From an uncultured Candidatus Nemicrothrix sp. (lineage in GTDB: Bacteria; Actinomycetota; Acidimicrobiia; Acidimicrobiales; Aldehydirespiratoraceae), in assembly GCA_964513285.1 (NCBI GenBank), contig CAZEML010000003.1:1-62826 (forward strand): a stretch of DNA of 62,826 nucleotides, read 5' to 3'. The notes under the pieces are model-generated. The model saw nothing but the letters and a program-made list of their open reading frames with translations, did no database searches and was not told the DNA's origin. Made by a program: the position numbers and the translations under genes. Of the stretch, positions 58,550 through 62,826 are shown piece by piece. Positions within the stretch are counted from its first letter, which is position 1, and the number at the start of each line of letters is the position of its first letter.

Positions 58550-61147
58550 ATGAGCGCGTCCCGCATCCCCGACAAGCCCGACCTTTCCGGCCTCGAGGAC
58601 AAGTGGGACGCGGTATGGGACGAGGCGGGCATCTACCACTTCGACACCGACACCACGCGCGATCAGGTCTTCTCGATCGACACGCCGCCGCCCACCGTCT
58701 CCGGCTCACTCCACGTCGGCCACGTCTTCAGCTACACCCACACCGACACCGTCGCCCGCTACCAGCGCATGGCCGGCAAGAACGTCTTCTACCCGATGGG
58801 GTGGGACGACAACGGCCTGCCGACCGAGCGCCGGGTCCAGAACTACTTCGGTGTCCGCTGCGACCCGTCGCTCCCCTACGACCCCGACTTCACCGCGCCC
58901 GACGACGCCGGCGACGAGAAGGCGGTCGGCAAGCGGCCGACGATCTCGGTCAGCCGCCCCAACTTCATCGAGCTGTGCGTTCAGCTGACCGTCGAGGACG
59001 AAAAGGCGTTCGAGGGCCTCTTCCGTCGCCTCGGCCTGTCCGTCGACTGGACCCGCACCTACGAGACGATCAACGACCACTGCCGTCGCATCTCCCAGCT
59101 CGCCTTCCTCGACAACCTCGCCGCCGATCAGGCGTACCAGGTCGAGGCGCCGTCGCTGTGGGACGTCACCTTCCAGACCGCGGTCGCCCAGGCCGAGCTC
59201 GAGGACAAGGAGATGCCGGGCGCGTACCACAAGCTCCGGTTTGCGGGCGTTGGCGACACCCCCGACATCTGGATCGACACGACCCGACCCGAGCTGGTTC
59301 CCGCGTGCGTCGCACTGGTCGCGCACCCCGACGACGAGCGCTACCAGCCGCACTTCGGCGGCACCGTCTCGTCGCCTCTGTTCGACGTCGAGGTCCCCGT
59401 CGTCGCCCACGAGCTGGCCCAGCCCGACAAGGGCACCGGCATCGCGATGATCTGCACCTTCGGCGACACCACCGACGTCACCTGGTGGCGCGAACTCGAC
59501 CTGCCGGTCCGCACCGTCATCCAGCGCGACGGCAAGTTCCAGGCCGAGACGCCCGAGTGGATCGCCGACGGCGCGCCGGCCGAGGCCTACCAGCGCCTCG
59601 CCGGCCTCCGCTCGAAGAACGCTCAAGCCGAGATCGCGACGATGCTCGCCGAGGCGGGCGAGATGGACGGCGAACCTCGCCCCATCACCCACCCGGTCAA
59701 GTTCTTCGAGAAGGGCGACAAGCCGCTCGAGATCGTCAGCTCCCGCCAGTGGTACATCCGCAACGGCGGCCGCGGCGCCGACCTCAACCAGGCGTTGATC
59801 GACCGCGGCGACGAGATGAACTGGGTCCCGAGCTACATGCAGACCCGCTTCACGTCATGGATCGAGGGGCTCAACGGCGACTGGCTGATCAGCCGCCAGC
59901 GGTTCTTCGGTGTCCCGATCCCGCTCTGGTACCGCCTCGACGACGCCGGCGAACCGATCTGGGACGAGATCCTCACGCCCGACGAGTCGGCGCTCCCGGT
60001 CGACCCGTCGACCGATGTTCCACCTGGCTTCGACGAGGCCCAGCGGGGCCAGCCCGGCGGCTTCTTCGGCGAGACCGACATCATGGACACCTGGGCCACG
60101 TCGTCGCTCACCCCGCAGATCGCCTGCGGCTGGCGCACCGACGAGGAGCTCTACGCCCAGACGTTCCCGATGGACGTCCGACCCCAGGCGCACGACATCA
60201 TCCGGACGTGGCTGTTCTCGACGGTCGTCCGCGCCCACTTCGACGCCGACACCGTCCCGTGGAAGAACTGCGCCCTCAGCGGCTGGATCCTCGACCCCGA
60301 CCGCAAGAAGATGTCCAAGTCGAAGGGCAACGTCGTCGTCCCGACCGAACTGCTCGAGCAGTACGGCTCCGACGCCGTCCGATACTGGGCATCGTCGGGA
60401 CGACCCGGCACCGACACCGCGTTCGACGAAGGACAGATGAAGATCGGCCGCCGTCTGTCGATCAAGCTGCTCAACGCCAGCAAGTTCGTCCTCGGCTTCG
60501 GCGACGCGAGCGAGGGGATCGACCCGAGCAAGGTCACCGACACCCTCGACCGCTCGATGCTCGATCGTCTGGCCGATCTCGTCGACGAGGCGACGACCGC
60601 GTTCGACGCCTTCGACTACGCCCGCTCGCTCGAACGCACCGAGACGTTCTTCTGGTGGTTCACCGACAACTACATGGAGCTCGTCAAGGCCCGCGCCTAC
60701 GGCGAGTACGGCGAGGATCGCGCCGCCTCAGCCCACCACGCGCTCCGCATGGCCCTCTCCACCCTGCACCGCCTGTTCGCCCCGTTCCTGCCCTTCGTCG
60801 CCGAAGAGGTCTGGGACTGGTGGCAGGACGGCTCGATCCACCGGGCTGCGTGGCCGACCTCGGCCGAGCTGCGAGCACCCGCGGCGGCTGCTGGCAGCGC
60901 CGCGAGCGAGGTCGCGACCAACGCCCTCGTCATCGTCCGCCGCGAGAAGAGCGAAGCGAAGCGCAAGCTCCGCACCGCCGTCCTCGAGGCGACCTTCTCG
61001 GGCCCGGCGGACCAGCTCGCCCTCCTCGATGAGGTCATCGACGACGTCAAGGCAGCCGGCGTCATCCACGAGGTCCTTCCCCACGGACCCGGCGACGAAC
61101 TCACCGTCTCGGTCGAGCTCGAACCCGACCCCGAAGCCGAGGCCTGA
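58550..61147 (+). CDS. valS: Valine--tRNA ligase
   Basis: Trimmed to ATG 58550. 865 aa with the HIGH-type motif SGSLHVGH, the KMSKS motif (KKMSKSKGN), and editing and anticodon-binding domains. Confidence 0.95.
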   Translation: MSASRIPDKPDLSGLEDKWDAVWDEAGIYHFDTDTTRDQVFSIDTPPPTVSGSLHVGHVFSYTHTDTVARYQRMAGKNVFYPMGWDDNGLPTERRVQNYFGVRCDPSLPYDPDFTAPDDAGDEKAVGKRPTISVSRPNFIELCVQLTVEDEKAFEGLFRRLGLSVDWTRTYETINDHCRRISQLAFLDNLAADQAYQVEAPSLWDVTFQTAVAQAELEDKEMPGAYHKLRFAGVGDTPDIWIDTTRPELVPACVALVAHPDDERYQPHFGGTVSSPLFDVEVPVVAHELAQPDKGTGIAMICTFGDTTDVTWWRELDLPVRTVIQRDGKFQAETPEWIADGAPAEAYQRLAGLRSKNAQAEIATMLAEAGEMDGEPRPITHPVKFFEKGDKPLEIVSSRQWYIRNGGRGADLNQALIDRGDEMNWVPSYMQTRFTSWIEGLNGDWLISRQRFFGVPIPLWYRLDDAGEPIWDEILTPDESALPVDPSTDVPPGFDEAQRGQPGGFFGETDIMDTWATSSLTPQIACGWRTDEELYAQTFPMDVRPQAHDIIRTWLFSTVVRAHFDADTVPWKNCALSGWILDPDRKKMSKSKGNVVVPTELLEQYGSDAVRYWASSGRPGTDTAFDEGQMKIGRRLSIKLLNASKFVLGFGDASEGIDPSKVTDTLDRSMLDRLADLVDEATTAFDAFDYARSLERTETFFWWFTDNYMELVKARAYGEYGEDRAASAHHALRMALSTLHRLFAPFLPFVAEEVWDWWQDGSIHRAAWPTSAELRAPAAAAGSAASEVATNALVIVRREKSEAKRKLRTAVLEATFSGPADQLALLDEVIDDVKAAGVIHEVLPHGPGDELTVSVELEPDPEAEA

Positions 61148-61149
61148 TC

Positions 61150-61713
61150 ATGGCGGTCGGCGACCGGGACCGCTGGAACGACAAGTGGGCCGAAGCCGGC
61201 CGCGGAACCTCCCACGGCTCCTCGCTCGTCGATCTGGTGAGCCCGTGGCTTCCCGAGTCGGGAGCCCTCCTCGACGTCGCCGGCGGCGGATCCCAGGACT
61301 CGCTGCACTTCGCCCGGCTCGGGCTCGACGTCACCGTCGCCGACGTCAGCGATGTGGGGCTGATCCAGGCCCGCCAGCGAGCGTTGGCCGAGGATCTCAC
61401 CATCACCACCGTCGAGGTCGACCTGGAGGAGCAGGCCCTTCCGCCCGGCCCGTTTCGGGTGATCACGGTCGCCAACTACCTGCAGCGCGACCTGTTCCCG
61501 TCGATGATCGAACGGCTCGACGAGGGCGGGATCCTCGCCGTCGTGATCGCCACCGAGTCCAACCTCGAGCGCAACGAGAACCCTCGACGTGAGTTCCTGC
61601 TCGAGTCCGACGAGATCACGAGCCTCGTCGGTGGACTGGAGGTCGTCCACCACTCCGAGGAGTGGCGAGACAACGGCCGCCACGAAGCCCAGCTCGTCGC
61701 CCGGTTCGGCTGA
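61150..61713 (+). CDS. Class I SAM-dependent methyltransferase
   Basis: 187 aa with motif I LLDVAGGGSQDS and an acidic residue after beta-2 (VTVADVS). Confidence 0.75.
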   Translation: MAVGDRDRWNDKWAEAGRGTSHGSSLVDLVSPWLPESGALLDVAGGGSQDSLHFARLGLDVTVADVSDVGLIQARQRALAEDLTITTVEVDLEEQALPPGPFRVITVANYLQRDLFPSMIERLDEGGILAVVIATESNLERNENPRREFLLESDEITSLVGGLEVVHHSEEWRDNGRHEAQLVARFG

Positions 61714-61732
61714 CGACGAGCCCCGCCGACGT

Positions 61733-62155
61733 TCAGTCGGCGTACTCGTCGACGGTGTCGTCGGCGATCCGCCGCAAGGCACCCCGATGGATCCGAGCGG
61801 CCACGGTCGAGTTGGTGTTCATGAGCGCTGCGAAGTTCAGCGGTGAGAACATCAACGCCTCGACTTCGCTGACGGCGGTGACGGTCGCGGTCCGGATGCG
61901 GTCGTCGCCGTCCATCAGGAGGGCGACTTCGCCGACCACCGAGCCGGGACCGAGCTCTTCGAGCACCTCGCCATGGCGTTCGACCACGACCGTGCCGGAC
62001 ACGATCACCAGACACTCTCGCCCGCGCGCCCCTTCCTCCATGAGACGCCGCCCGGGGCGGAAGGTGGCGGGGAGGAAGAGGCGACGGACGTGTCGGCGCT
62101 CGCGCCAGCTCAGGCCGGCGAACAGGTCGTAGTCCTCGATGGCGATTGCGGTCAT
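61733..62155 (-). CDS. Cyclic nucleotide-binding domain protein (stand-alone cNMP domain)
   Basis: Trimmed to ATG 62155 (MTAIAIEDYDLFAGLSWRERRHV...). Phosphate-binding-cassette-like GEVALLMDGDDRIRTATV. Confidence 0.75.
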   Translation of the reverse strand: MTAIAIEDYDLFAGLSWRERRHVRRLFLPATFRPGRRLMEEGARGRECLVIVSGTVVVERHGEVLEELGPGSVVGEVALLMDGDDRIRTATVTAVSEVEALMFSPLNFAALMNTNSTVAARIHRGALRRIADDTVDEYAD

Positions 62156-62239
62156 GGCACAGTCCCTTCGGCGGTGTCTGCGGGTTGCTTCAACCGTGCC
62201 GAACCCGGCCCCGGATGTCTGCGTCCCCGGACCCGACCA

Positions 62240-62259
62240 GGTGGGTACGTGTACCCACC
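62240..62259. promoter_or_regulatory. 20-bp palindrome GGTGGGTAC-GT-GTACCCACC between divergent cNMP-domain genes
   Basis: Perfect 9-bp arms read directly from the sequence. A candidate Crp/Fnr-family operator, although it does not match the TGTGA-N6-TCACA consensus. Confidence 0.35.
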
Positions 62260-62278
62260 GCTGGACCATGACACGCCG

Positions 62279-62826
62279 GTGGCGGAGACTGGTGAGGTGC
62301 TCAGCCCGTCGTCCTGGCTCTCAGAGAGCGACGCCGACGCCCTGCGTTCGGTCGGCTCTCGCCGGTCCGCGCCGCCGGGAGCCACACTCGTCAGCGAAGG
62401 CGACGAGCCGCACGACGTCCTGTTGATCACCCAGGGCCGGGTGAAGATCGTCTCGACCGCACCGAGCGGCACCGAGGTCGTTCTGGCCGTCGTCGGCGCC
62501 GGGGCGATCGTCGGCGAGTTGTCCGCGATCGACGGCGCCCCCCACTCGGCCTCGGCGGTGGCCGTCGACGACGTCGAAGTCGTCGCCGTGCACGGCCGGG
62601 CGTTCCTCGACTTCCTCGATCAGAATCCGAGCGCCATGCAGGCGCTCCTGCGGCTCACGGTGGGTCGGCTTCGCCACTCGAGCGACCGGCAGCTGGAGTT
62701 CGCCGCGATCGACGCCCTCGGTCGGGTCTGTCGCCGGCTCACCGAGCTCGCCGACGACGCATCCGGGGGCGGCGAAGCGACGATCCAACTGGGCCTGACA
62801 CAGCACGAGTTCGCCCAGTGGTGCGG
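62279..62826 (+). CDS. Crp/Fnr family transcriptional regulator, N-terminal part, runs off right edge
   Basis: Absent from the ORF track because there is no stop. My translation reads ...VLSPSSWLSESDADALRSVGSRRSAPPGATLVSEGDEPHDVLLITQGRVKIVSTAPSGTEVVLAVVGAGAIVGELSAIDG...LGLTQHEFAQWC. The start is GTG 62279 or 62297. Confidence 0.75.
   Translation, partial: MAETGEVLSPSSWLSESDADALRSVGSRRSAPPGATLVSEGDEPHDVLLITQGRVKIVSTAPSGTEVVLAVVGAGAIVGELSAIDGAPHSASAVAVDDVEVVAVHGRAFLDFLDQNPSAMQALLRLTVGRLRHSSDRQLEFAAIDALGRVCRRLTELADDASGGGEATIQLGLTQHEFAQWC

Overview
High-GC (about 68-70%) actinobacterial-type chromosomal window, densely coding on both strands. All calls are hand-made from the sequence and ORF track. 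Re-derived starts and RNA ends may be off by a few nt, and no database search was run.

Most of the window is ordinary metabolism and regulation:
- paaA/paaZ at the left edge
- a five-gene Liv-type branched-chain amino-acid ABC importer
- a lipid cluster (TauD, SRPBCC, acyl-CoA synthetase, WS/DGAT, HAD-PlsC)
- several TetR, ArsR and MarR regulator pairs
- two two-component systems
- an ABC-2 exporter
- valS
- redox and CoA enzymes
- c-di-GMP and cNMP signalling proteins

The outstanding region is 39.0-42.8 kb on the minus strand. It holds 16 tightly packed tRNA genes (15 amino-acid specificities, several with non-canonical core or anticodon-loop positions). These are followed by two long-stem Y-RNA-like genes; one contains a circularly permuted tRNA-like module of the YrlA type. 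A Ro60/Rsr (TROVE+vWA) gene then follows. No protein gene interrupts this stretch.

Second-tier observations:
- a peroxiredoxin-like ORF whose first CxxC cysteine codon is an in-frame TGA followed by a SECIS-like hairpin (candidate selenoprotein or pseudogene)
- a small ORF with serine at every third residue for 25 triplets
- several strong operator-like palindromes in divergent promoter regions

No CRISPR array, rRNA, transposase or integrase was found.
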